Source of the DNA: Coprobacillaceae bacterium
GTDB lineage: Bacteria > Bacillota_I > Bacilli_A > Erysipelotrichales > Coprobacillaceae
Assembly (NCBI GenBank): GCA_963675515.1
Contig: OY776328.1
Span: 1,620,001-1,652,000 of the forward strand
Direction: 5' to 3'
DNA: 32,000 nt
A model generated the notes under the pieces. The model saw only the letters and a program-made list of their open reading frames with translations, searched no databases and was not told where the DNA came from. The position numbers and the translations under genes were made by a program. Positions 20,679 to 29,593 of this stretch are shown one piece after another. Each line of letters starts with the position of its first letter. The first letter of the stretch is position 1.

Positions 20679-20731
20679 TTGTGGTTTGGGTTTGGTAAAT
20701 AAAATTTTACTGGATAACATCATGGACATTG

Positions 20732-20740
20732 TGGTAAAAT
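20732..20740 (+). promoter_or_regulatory. TG-extended -10 promoter element for the nucleotidyltransferase gene.
   Basis: TGGTAAAAT, about 32 nt upstream of ATG 20772. Confidence 0.4.
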
Positions 20741-20771
20741 AGGCATAGACGTTTAAGAAGGGAATTGAATT

Positions 20772-21695
20772 ATGAGTGCAACTTTAATTATCATGGCAGC
20801 CGGAATGGGGAGCCGCTATGGTGAAGGAATCAAACAATTGGAAAAAATGGGACCTAATGGCGAAATCCTGATGGAGTATTCGATCTACGATGCTCTTGAG
20901 GCCGGTTTTTCCAAAGTCGTCTTCATCATCCGCAAGGATCTTGAAGCGATTGTCAAGGAAACATTGGGAGATCGCATCGCCCAGGTAACGGAAGTGGAAT
21001 ATGTCTTCCAGGAGCTAAGTGACCTGCCTGAAGGATTTGCGTTGCCTGAAGCGCGCAACAAACCATGGGGAACGGGACAGGCCGTCCTTTGCTGCAAGGA
21101 TGTGGTCAAGGAACCATTCGTGATCATCAACGCCGATGACTACTATGGCAAGACAGCCTTCAGGCTGATTTATGACTACCTGACTCAAGAACACGAAATC
21201 AAGGCGCCGATTGACCTGTGCATGGCGGGATTCATCCTGAAAAACACCTTGTCCGACAACGGAGCGGTGACCAGAGGGATCTGTGTCGTTGACGAATCAA
21301 GCAAACTTTCCAAGGTGGTCGAAACCAAGGGGATCTACAAAAATGAAGCCGGGGAAATCATCCATAATGACAATGGAACCGATGTGATCGCTTGTCTTGA
21401 CAGCCATGTGTCGATGAATATGTGGGGCGGTTATCCCGATTTTATCGCAAAATTGCACCAAGGTTTTGTCGACTTTCTGGCTGACTCGACCAAGGACGAG
21501 CTAACCGGAGAATATCTGTTGCCGATCTTTGTCGACAGTTTGATCCAGGAAAACCTGGCCCAGGTGAAACTGCTCGAAACGACCGACAAATGGTTTGGCG
21601 TTACCTATGCTGCCGACAAGCAAGAAGTAATCAGCCAGTTGGGTGAGCTGATCAGCGCGGGTAAATACCCACAAAAGCTGTGGTCTGAAAAATAA
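20772..21695 (+). CDS. Sugar-phosphate nucleotidyltransferase family protein (substrate unknown).
   Basis: The N-terminal LIIMAAGMGSRYG matches the GxGxR loop of the NTP_transferase fold. WGTGQAV and VIINADDYYG are also present. Confidence 0.7.
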   Translation: MSATLIIMAAGMGSRYGEGIKQLEKMGPNGEILMEYSIYDALEAGFSKVVFIIRKDLEAIVKETLGDRIAQVTEVEYVFQELSDLPEGFALPEARNKPWGTGQAVLCCKDVVKEPFVIINADDYYGKTAFRLIYDYLTQEHEIKAPIDLCMAGFILKNTLSDNGAVTRGICVVDESSKLSKVVETKGIYKNEAGEIIHNDNGTDVIACLDSHVSMNMWGGYPDFIAKLHQGFVDFLADSTKDELTGEYLLPIFVDSLIQENLAQVKLLETTDKWFGVTYAADKQEVISQLGELISAGKYPQKLWSEK

Positions 21696-21718
21696 ATTAA
21701 TATATTTGAACAAAATAC

Positions 21719-21747
21719 TTGTAATTGTTTACGATTCATGGTATTCT
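21719..21747 (+). promoter_or_regulatory. Candidate promoter of the cold-shock gene.
   Basis: TTGTAA, 17 nt, TATTCT, with a TG at -15/-14. It would give a ~125-nt leader, typical of csp genes. Confidence 0.4.
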
Positions 21748-21787
21748 AAATTTACGATAACTAGCAATAATATTCAATTACAGTGTT

Positions 21788-21825
21788 CACCCACCTATTG
21801 TCTATATTATAGTCATTAGTGGGTG
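21788..21825 (+). promoter_or_regulatory. Stable hairpin in the csp 5' leader.
   Basis: A 7-bp GC-rich stem pairs CACCCAC (21788-21794) with GTGGGTG (21819-21825). It is followed by CTTTGTTTTT and lies about 50 nt upstream of the start codon. Confidence 0.4.
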
Positions 21826-21877
21826 CTTTGTTTTTATATAAGGCTTTTTATTAATAAAAACAGGAGGTTTCTTTACG

Positions 21878-22084
21878 ATGGAAACAGGAAAAGTAAAATG
21901 GTTTAACCAAGAAAAAGGATTTGGATTTATTACAATTGATGGTGGGAAAAACGACATCTTCGTTCACTTCTCAGCAATCAACTCTACAGGATTCAAAACT
22001 TTAAACGACGGAGATAGTGTACAATTCGATATCGTTACTTCTGATCGTGGTGAACAAGCAGCTAACGTTACTGTAATTAAATAA
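21878..22084 (+). CDS. Cold-shock protein (CspA family, single CSD).
   Basis: [24 protein letters not shown] (RNP1) and DIFVHFSAI (RNP2) are present. Size is 68 aa. Confidence 0.95.
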   Translation: METGKVKWFNQEKGFGFITIDGGKNDIFVHFSAINSTGFKTLNDGDSVQFDIVTSDRGEQAANVTVIK

Positions 22085-22105
22085 TTATATAAACTAGCTA
22101 AAACG

Positions 22106-22131
22106 ACTAACCTTAACCGGTTAGTTTTTTT
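22106..22131 (+). terminator. Rho-independent terminator after csp.
   Basis: A 7-bp stem pairs ACTAACC (22106-22112) with GGTTAGT (22119-22125), followed by a T7 run. Confidence 0.75.
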
Positions 22132-22288
22132 GTGGCCGAATTGTGGCAAGACAATTGCATCGGCGAAATGAAAACATTTTCATTTTTGTAAAATATCCTC
22201 CCTCGGCTATTATTGTATGGTTTAATAGTAATCAGACTCTTAATGAAATTCGAGTTTGAGTTATGAGAAAGTTTAGGGAGGTTTTTAT

Positions 22289-23449
22289 ATGTTTGGCAAA
22301 GGAAGTTATTTTCGTTATGCCTTGGCTAACGGGATGTTCTATTTTTCATTCGGGACGTTCATCAGCATCATCTCGGTCATCCTGGCTGGCAAAGGCGCCT
22401 CGGCGACTGAGATTTCGCTGATTTCGTCATCAGCGGCATTTTTCTCAATGTTCATGCAGCCGGTTACCGGATTTTTGGCGGACAAGTTCCGATCACCTAA
22501 AAAGGTGGGGATTACAACACTGTCGCTGGCCATTGTTGCGGGTTTGCTTTTTGGTTACACCAAATCGTTCATATTTCTGTTTTTGATGAACGGGTTCACC
22601 CAGGGGTTCATGAACGGGACAGTGGCACTTTCGGACCGATTGGCAATAGCTTCAAAATATTCATATGGTTCAATCAGGGTATGGGGATCGGTCTGTTTTG
22701 CGCTAGCTGCCCAGCTGGCCGGGTTTGTCTACGACAATATCGGACCGATGATGATCTACTATATCTTTGTCGCTGGTATCGCATTGACGATATTTGGATT
22801 CACGGGAATGAACGATATCGTCCTTCATGACAGTGAACACCACGATAAGGTGACTACCAAGGAAGTTTTACGGGCTTTGATTTCCAACAAGAAATTCATC
22901 CTGTTCACGATGATCCTCTTCATGTATCAGGGATCATTCCAGGCCCAGTTCACCTACATGCCGCTGTTCATCCAGGAACTTGGGGGAACAACCACCATTG
23001 TCGGAACCACGCTGTTTTTAAGTGTGCTTTCGGAGATACCGATGATCCTGTTCTCTGATCGGGTATTCCGGCGTTTTTCATACCGGACGTTGATGATATT
23101 TGCGGCGGTCATGACAATAATCCGTTATGTCTGGTACTCGACAATGCCTTCGCCGTTTATGATCATGGTCGTCTTCTTCTTCCAGGGTGTGACAATGATT
23201 GTCATGATTCTCCTTTCGGTAAGAATCATTGTGGAAATCGTCGATGAGCGTTATGTCTCTTCGGCTTATGGTATTTCAGCGATGCTCGCCCGGGGGCTTT
23301 CGCCGCTGATGTTCATGGTTATCTCGGGGAAATTGATTGACACATTCGGCGGCCTTCAAGGGTTCCAATTCATGTATTATCTCACCACTGCCGCCGCGCT
23401 TGTGGCTTTGGGGTTGGCGTTTTTCTACAAAGATGAAAAGGCAGATTAA
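22289..23449 (+). CDS. MFS transporter (12-TM type, substrate unknown).
   Basis: RBS GGGAGG. The protein is hydrophobic throughout. An MFS loop 2-3 motif-like GFLADKFRSPKK is present. Size is 386 aa. Confidence 0.75.
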   Translation: MFGKGSYFRYALANGMFYFSFGTFISIISVILAGKGASATEISLISSSAAFFSMFMQPVTGFLADKFRSPKKVGITTLSLAIVAGLLFGYTKSFIFLFLMNGFTQGFMNGTVALSDRLAIASKYSYGSIRVWGSVCFALAAQLAGFVYDNIGPMMIYYIFVAGIALTIFGFTGMNDIVLHDSEHHDKVTTKEVLRALISNKKFILFTMILFMYQGSFQAQFTYMPLFIQELGGTTTIVGTTLFLSVLSEIPMILFSDRVFRRFSYRTLMIFAAVMTIIRYVWYSTMPSPFMIMVVFFFQGVTMIVMILLSVRIIVEIVDERYVSSAYGISAMLARGLSPLMFMVISGKLIDTFGGLQGFQFMYYLTTAAALVALGLAFFYKDEKAD

Positions 23450-23522
23450 AACTGTCTTTTTTTTATTAACCAGTCGATAACACTCGTGAATTTAGTCAGG
23501 GGAGGTTCAACGTCAAAATTAT

Positions 23523-23551
23523 TTGCACTGTAATGGAAAATACATTATAAT
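23523..23551 (+). promoter_or_regulatory. Sigma-A-type promoter of the GGDEF/EAL gene.
   Basis: TTGCAC (23523-23528), exactly 17 nt, TATAAT (23546-23551). Confidence 0.5.
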
Positions 23552-23607
23552 AGTTACAAGTGTTAAAAAAGAAACTATTATTTAAACTAATGATTCAGGA
23601 GGAAGCG

Positions 23608-25245
23608 ATGAAAGAATTATACCTGTTGATCAAAGACCGGCATATCAAGGGAACGGGATACCAGGTCTTGGGTCTTACCGTGGCTTTGATTGGCCTGTAC
23701 CTTGGAGTGTTTATCAGCGGCGGAACTCATAACACATGGGAGCAGTTGAATCTTATCACCATTGTGGGTGCCAGCTACTACTTTCATACAAACAGCCTTA
23801 TCTTTGCTTTGGGGGCAGCATTTTTGATGGGGCCGATGATGCCAATGGATGTCTCCAACCATATCGTTCAGGAACCTGAAAATATGGTGGCCAGGCTTTT
23901 GATATATATTCTTTTTTCCCAGGTTTCGGGAGCCTTTTTTGCACACCAGGAAAACTTGCACAGGAACCTGCTCGATCGCACTTCCCGTGATGATTTTACA
24001 GGTTTGTTCAACCGCAGCTTAATTGTCTCGAAGCTGGCTGATATGGTTGCCAACTTTGAACATTTCTATCTTGTAATAGTGAAGATCGACAATCTGGATG
24101 GGATTGGAAAATACGTCGACCTGGAAATGACCAAACTGATAAGCGACAAAGTTATCGCCACATTGAACAAGGAACTCGGCCTTGAAGAGATGTATTCGAT
24201 CGGCTTTGGCGAATACTGTTTCACAATCAATGCGAAGGACTTCAAGGAATCAATCGGCAAGTTGGATTGCCTTTCAAGATACAGTTTCAACAATATCTCC
24301 ATAGGGGACTACAATTTCAACCTGGTAACCAAGGTTGGTGTCGTGTTCAACGACAAGGGCGACAATGAGCCGTTGAAGCTGCTAAACAATGCCCGGATGG
24401 CGCTTGACCAGGGCGAGGAGTATGGCTCGGGGATATTCTACTATGACAATTCCCAGGCAATCTACAACCGCCAAAGCTACGAGGTGGCCAATTGCTTGTT
24501 GTCGGCATTGGACAATCATGAGTTCTATCTGGTCTACCAGCCAATCACCAGTCTTGAGACTAGAAAGGTCGAATGTGTCGAAGCCCTGATCCGCTGGGAC
24601 CGCAAAACCAAGGAGCCGGTCGGTCCGGGAATCTTCATCGAAATCGCCGAGAAAATCGGGCTGATCCCCAAAATAACCAAATGGGTTGTAATCCAATGTG
24701 TGGCCCAGCTCAAACATTGGCATAAAATCGGGATCGAGATCCAGATATCAATCAATATCACCGTGCGGGAAATCGAGGACGACAGCTTCGTCAACTGGCT
24801 GACTTCCTATTTGAATGGCCAGAAGATCGACCCGAAAAGCATCAAGTTGGAAATTACCGAGCGGGTATTCTCCGCCAACTCCAACAGGCTGAATGCCATC
24901 CTGGAAAAGCTGCGACTGGAGGGGTTCTCGATATCGATTGATGACTTTGGCACCGGCTACAACTCGCTGATGACATTTGCGAAAATCCCGATGGACTCGA
25001 TCAAGATCGACAAGTATTTCACCGACAATCTTGAAAATCCCCAGACATATGCGATGGTCAAGGCCATCATCGATTTCAACCATCAGCTAAGAAAAAATGT
25101 GATCATCGAAGGTGTTGAGACAAAAAAACAGATCCTGATGCTCGAAGCTCTTGGAGCCGACCAGATCCAGGGTTACTACTTTTCCAAGCCCCTTAGTCCT
25201 TATGAGTTCCAGGAATACTATTTCCAGAAAAACAGGAGCCGCTGA
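23608..25245 (+). CDS. Membrane-anchored c-di-GMP phosphodiesterase: N-terminal TM sensor region, degenerate GGDEF domain, intact EAL domain.
   Basis: RBS GGAGGA precedes ATG 23608. The GGDEF domain begins DDFTGLFNRS, but the active site reads GFGEY instead of GGDEF. The EAL domain has EALIRW, LEITE, DDFGTGYNSL, IKIDK, EGVET and QGYYFSKP. Confidence 0.85.
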   Translation: MKELYLLIKDRHIKGTGYQVLGLTVALIGLYLGVFISGGTHNTWEQLNLITIVGASYYFHTNSLIFALGAAFLMGPMMPMDVSNHIVQEPENMVARLLIYILFSQVSGAFFAHQENLHRNLLDRTSRDDFTGLFNRSLIVSKLADMVANFEHFYLVIVKIDNLDGIGKYVDLEMTKLISDKVIATLNKELGLEEMYSIGFGEYCFTINAKDFKESIGKLDCLSRYSFNNISIGDYNFNLVTKVGVVFNDKGDNEPLKLLNNARMALDQGEEYGSGIFYYDNSQAIYNRQSYEVANCLLSALDNHEFYLVYQPITSLETRKVECVEALIRWDRKTKEPVGPGIFIEIAEKIGLIPKITKWVVIQCVAQLKHWHKIGIEIQISINITVREIEDDSFVNWLTSYLNGQKIDPKSIKLEITERVFSANSNRLNAILEKLRLEGFSISIDDFGTGYNSLMTFAKIPMDSIKIDKYFTDNLENPQTYAMVKAIIDFNHQLRKNVIIEGVETKKQILMLEALGADQIQGYYFSKPLSPYEFQEYYFQKNRSR

Positions 25246-25257
25246 GCTCCTTTTTTG
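25234..25257 (+). terminator. Rho-independent terminator overlapping the stop codon of the EAL gene.
   Basis: A stem pairs AGGAGC (25234-25239) with GCTCCT (25246-25251), followed by a T6 run. Confidence 0.6.
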
Positions 25258-25369
25258 GTGCGCTCTTTGATTGCCTGATGTCTGTCATCTCAATTTTGCC
25301 ACCCAACCGGCAAAATACTGACTTCAACTTTCTTGGATTTGAGGTAGAATGGAGTCAGGGGAAAAGAAG

Positions 25370-25690
25370 ATGAAGAACAACAAGAATGCAAAAACGACAA
25401 TTGAAAAGGCAACCATTGCCAAGACAAAATACCTGGAAACCCTGGCCCTGTTGAAACAAGGCGAGTCTCAAAAGGCGAACCGATGTTTCAAGGAGGCCAA
25501 TGATTGTCTGCTTGCTGCCAGCGAACTTCACCTTGGCATGATCAATCAGGATATTGAGCTCACCCTGGAGCTGATCTGCTGTGAGGATATGCTTGCAACA
25601 GCTGGACTGTACCAAAGTCTGATCGGTTATTTCAATGACCTTCATCAAAGAACCCAAAATGAAAAGGAGAGAAGCAAATGGAAAAAATAA
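25370..25690 (+). CDS. PTS lactose/cellobiose-family EIIA-like protein lacking the phospho-accepting histidine.
   Basis: The three-helix pattern aligns by eye to LacF/ChbA: KQGESQKANRCFKEANDCLLAASELH ... LICCEDMLAT versus MMHGQDHLMT. The start at 25370 (AGGGGA upstream) is preferred over 25349, whose GAGG is only 4 nt from the ATG. Confidence 0.6.
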   Translation: MKNNKNAKTTIEKATIAKTKYLETLALLKQGESQKANRCFKEANDCLLAASELHLGMINQDIELTLELICCEDMLATAGLYQSLIGYFNDLHQRTQNEKERSKWKK

Positions 25691-27006
25691 TGACGCAAAT
25701 GGAGGCAATCCTTGCTCCCCTTGCCAACAAGATCGGCAGCAACAAGCTGCTTAAGACCGTATCGACCGCTTTCAACATGATTATGCCAATCATCATCATC
25801 GGAGCCATATTTTCTCTGGTGACGACACTACAGGTAAAACCATATCAGGACTTGTTGGCTGCGATGAATTTGGCCCCGATCCTGGCGTTGGTTTCAAAAT
25901 TCACAACCGATCTGATGGCGATTTATGTGGCTTTTGCCGGGGCTTATGCCTACTTGCGCAACGAAGGTATGACCAACGATGCCATCCTGGCGGGTCTGCT
26001 TTCACTGATGTCGTACTTCATCATCAGCCCGCTGACTACAGTGATGATTAATGACAATCCGGTTACAATGATATCATTCGACTATCTTGGTTCAAAAGGT
26101 CTTTTCACCGCCCTTCTGGTGTGAATCCTGGTCGGTTATATCTATACCTTCATAGTCAGCCACAACTGGGTGATCAAGATGCCAGACGGGGTGCCTCCGA
26201 CAGTGGCCAAATCATTTTCCGCCCTTATTCCCGGATTCGTGATTGCTGCATTCTTTTTATGTGTAAACGGTATTTTCGCCAATACAGTTGGTCTTTCATT
26301 CAGCGAGTGGTTCTATGGGCTTATCGCTTCACCGCTGGCTTCGCTTTCAGGTTCGCTGGTCACATTCATGGTCCTGAATTTCATCGCCTCGGCGTTCTGG
26401 TTCTTCGGAATCCATGGGGGACAGGTGGCGATTCCAATCATGATGATGTTGTTCTTGCAACCGGGAATGGAAAACCAGGCCAATTTCGCGGCGGGTATGC
26501 CAATGACAAACGTTCTTACCCTGGGTCTGCTTTTCTATTTGATGCTTGGAGGAATCGGGAACACAATCGGACTGGCCATAAACATGTTTTTCTTTTCAAA
26601 AAGCCAACGCTACAAGGCATTGGGTAAAATCGCCATCCTGCCTTCACTTTGCTCGATCAACGAACCAATCATGTTCGGGATGCCGATCATGCTCAACCCG
26701 ATAATGGCACTGCCTTTTTTCATAGTGCCCCAGATCATATTGGTTGCCACTTATTTTGTAATGAATGTCGGACTGGTATCCTTGCCCCGCATCGCCATGG
26801 GTGCTACCGGAACACCGATCCTGCTTGATGGTTGGCTGATGACGGGAATATCTGGAGTGATCTGGCAGGTTGTCATGATCGTGTTTTCAGTGCTGGCATA
26901 TATGCCATTTTTCAAAGTCCAGGACAAGATGGCCCTCAAGGAGGAGAAAATCGCATCTTCAACATCAACAGGTCACGTTACAGACCACGATCAGCTCGCA
27001 GCATAA
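25678..27006 (+). pseudogene. PTS lactose/cellobiose-family EIIC interrupted by one in-frame TGA (26122-26124).
   Basis: RBS AAGGAGA. ORFs 25678-26124 and 26170-27006 are in the same frame. Codons 26125-26169 (ILVGYIYTFIVSHNW) continue the EIIC sequence into VIKMPDGVPPTVAKSF. Read through, the gene gives 442 aa, the normal EIIC length. Confidence 0.85.
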
Positions 27007-27084
27007 AAGTTGACAAAAGTGTCAGTGGTTTTTCTTTTGTGGAGTTGGTCCATGTGATAAAATGGTAATCAGGGGGCGAAAATT

Positions 27085-28913
27085 ATGGATGACAAACACA
27101 AGAAAATTCTGCTGGAGCTGATGAACCACCAGAGTCTCAAGTCAGCTGATCTGCAGGCTCTTCTCCAAGTGAGCTCTAGGACGATCCGCAACCTGATAAA
27201 CAGGATCAACAGCCAGATCAAAGGGGCGATAATCGAATCGGGATCTTTTGGCTACCGGCTTCAGGTGAGCGATCCTGAGGCGCTGATCCGGTTTTTACAG
27301 AACAGTCAGGATGAAAATCAGGATCGCTGCTCCTATATCTTCATTGCGTTGAGTGCCGGTGGAACTTTTGTCAAGGTTGATGATCTTTGCGACGCCTTGT
27401 ATCTGTCACGAAGCCAGCTCAAACAGGAGCTCAAGAAGGTCCGCGAATACTTTGGCGAATACGATGTCACCATAATGGACAAGCCTTATCACGGGCTGTA
27501 TCTCGAAGGCCAGGAAATCAATATCAGGCGGGCCATAGCCCATTTCCAGGACTTCCAGAAGGAATCCAGGGCTTATGGCCAGATCAGGGATATCGTGCAC
27601 CTTTGCATCAGGGACTTCGATTACCGGATTGCCGATGACGTCCTGGAAAACATAATTGTCCATCTCTATATCGCCTATTCGAGGATGCAAAACCAGGAAT
27701 ATGCGCACATCCTGGACACCTGGCTGGAAGAGACCAAGAAGGAAAAAGAGTATCCGTTGGCCTGTGCCATAATGGAATTGATATCCAAACTGCTTGGGGT
27801 TGATATAATCGAAGCGGAAACGGCATATCTCACCATCCACCTTTGTTCGAAAAAGGCCAACAGCGAAGAATTTGTCTATATCGACCAGAATACATATGAT
27901 GTGGTCAACAATATGCTTTTAGTGCTCGAAAGACAGACAAGATACGTCTTCACCAAGGATCTCAACCTCCAGCTCGCTTTGTCTTTGCATCTGATTGCCT
28001 TGGAAAAGCGGATCCGTTATCATACTTATCTCCACAATCCGCTGATAAATGAAATCAAGCAGAAATTCATCGCCAGCTATGAACTTGCGATGCAGTCGAC
28101 CCAGGTGATCAATGACCATTTCAACTGCAGCCTGCCTGAAGGGGAGATTGCCTATTTCGCACTGCATATCAACCTGGCCTTGGAAAAGAATTTGATCAAT
28201 ACAACCAGGAAAAATATTCTTCTGGTCTGTTCAAGCGGTGCGGGAAGCGCAATGCTTCTAAGGCACTTTTTCCAGACAAATTTTTCCAACCATATCGACA
28301 GGCTCGAGGTCTCTTCGGCCCACCAGCTTGACAGCCTCGAAATCGATGATTTCGATTGCGTCTTTACGACGATTCCACTCGACCGCAATCTTAAGATACC
28401 GGTGTTTTTGATCAATTCCCTGGTCGACAATTCCGATGTGTCATTGATCAAATCGAAACTAGAAAAACTCGAATCGGTGAATGTATTGAACCACTTCCCT
28501 GAGGATCTGTTTTTTGTCAATCAGAATTATTCTTCAAGGGAACAGGCCATCGAGGATATCGTCTTGAAGATTCAAGCGAGATACGATCTTGATCCGGGCT
28601 TTATGGACCTGGTGTTCAAGCGGGAAGCACTGGCGGCGACCGAATTCAACAATATGGTTGCCTTTCCCCATGGACTCAAGCCCCGGGGGATTCTACCCTG
28701 GTATCGATCACGCTTCTACAAAAGCCGCTGCTCTGGGACAAAAAAGAAGTCCGGATCATCATTCTGGCTTCATTGGCGAACACAATCGACAAGCAGCTTG
28801 ACGAATTCTATGGGCTGATTTCCACCTTGATAACCGATGAAAAGATCCAGTGGCAGCTGATCAACAATCCTGGTTATGACCAGTTTCGAAGGATAGTGGA
28901 GGCAAAGCGATGA
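27085..28913 (+). pseudogene. LicR/MtlR-like PRD-domain regulator (HTH-PRD-PRD-EIIB-EIIA), frameshifted in a CCCCGGGGG run.
   Basis: RBS AGGGGG. The N-terminal HTHs are LQALLQVSSRTIRNLINRIN and LCDALYLSRSQLKQELKKV. The EIIB-like segment is ILLVCSSGAGSAML. At 28681-28689 the frame shifts. The natural C-terminus (DSTLVSITLLQKPLLWDKKEVRIIILASL...RRIVEAKR) continues in frame 3 to TGA 28911-28913, overlapping the next ATG as ATGA. Confidence 0.8.
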
Positions 28914-29593
28914 TCAGAATCTTGCTTGTATGCGGGGCGGGGATGTCGACAAGCATCATGGTAAACAAGATGGCTCAGGCCGATGTGAGCCAGGAATGCA
29001 ATGTCAAGGCGACCGACATGACCCGGGCCCATCTGGAAATGCTCCACTGTGACGTGTTCCTGCTTGCGCCCCATATCGGTTATTTGAAAGAAGAGTACCA
29101 GAAAAGATGCCGGGCAATGAACTTGCCGTTTTTGGTGATCGAAAGCCAGGATTATACCCGGATGGACGGAGCCGCAGTGCTTGAAAAAGCGAAGGAACTC
29201 CACAGGAGTCATGTCAAAGAAAATCCGTTCAAGGTCATTTTGCTCCATGGACAGGGCGGAATCATGTCGGACCTGCTTTTGATTGAACTAAACAGGCAGC
29301 TAAAAAAACTCTGCCGCGACTGGCTGGTCGAATCGCAGGAGATCGAGCAGTTCATAGACGAGGGAAACATATCCCTGATACTGCTCGAACCCCAGATCCG
29401 CTTCGAACAATCCAGCCTGCTCAAACGGATATCCAATCCGCTGACTGTCGTTTTGATTCCGGAATTGAGCCTTTATGCATCGTTTAACGGCCAGAAAGTA
29501 ATCGACTATATCGATGGGCAATATCCGGTAAAGTATCAGGAAAATTTAAATACACAACAGGAAAAAATAATCAAGGAGATAAACAAATTATGA
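28910..29593 (+). CDS. Tandem PTS lactose/cellobiose-family EIIB: a canonical first domain and a second domain without the catalytic Cys.
   Basis: RBS GGAGG. Domain 1 is MIRILLVCGAGMSTSIMVNKM (phospho-Cys loop). Domain 2 is KVILLHGQGGIMSDLLLIELNR with the same spacing (LILLEPQIRF versus FLLAPHIGYL), but His replaces Cys. Confidence 0.8.
   Translation: MIRILLVCGAGMSTSIMVNKMAQADVSQECNVKATDMTRAHLEMLHCDVFLLAPHIGYLKEEYQKRCRAMNLPFLVIESQDYTRMDGAAVLEKAKELHRSHVKENPFKVILLHGQGGIMSDLLLIELNRQLKKLCRDWLVESQEIEQFIDEGNISLILLEPQIRFEQSSLLKRISNPLTVVLIPELSLYASFNGQKVIDYIDGQYPVKYQENLNTQQEKIIKEINKL

Noticed and set aside
18600-20729. Three long antisense ORFs (228, 222 and 135 aa) on the - strand covering almost the whole DUF2779 gene.
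   Set aside because: They have no RBS and low-complexity, motif-free translations. They exactly shadow a sense gene that has clear conserved motifs and an RBS. Open antisense frames are expected in a GC-richer gene with RNY-type codon bias. I treat them as shadow ORFs.
20772-21695. The nucleotidyltransferase next to the DUF2779 nuclease as a CBASS-like (cyclase plus effector) pair.
   Set aside because: The protein has the GxGxR sugar-phosphate nucleotidyltransferase loop (AAGMGSRYG) and WGTGQAV/NADDYYG blocks, not a cGAS/DncV-like fold. It also has its own promoter. I see no basis for a signalling system.
24347-25083. Several antisense and out-of-frame ORFs (65-113 aa) inside the GGDEF/EAL gene.
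   Set aside because: They overlap a sense gene with complete EAL motifs and have Pro/Arg/Gly-rich nonsense composition. I treat them as shadow ORFs.
26122-26124. The in-frame TGA in EIIC as evidence for an alternative genetic code (TGA=Trp or Gly) or selenocysteine.
   Set aside because: TGA closes at least six other genes here at homology-consistent ends: the fused srlAE, AraC, USP, DUF2779, EAL and the LicR-like regulator (with its ATGA overlap). I saw no SECIS-like hairpin immediately downstream. A nonsense mutation is the simplest reading.
26121-26627. A 168-aa ORF in an alternative frame of the EIIC gene.
   Set aside because: It is Arg/Gly-rich, has no RBS, and is fully contained within the homology-supported EIIC frame.
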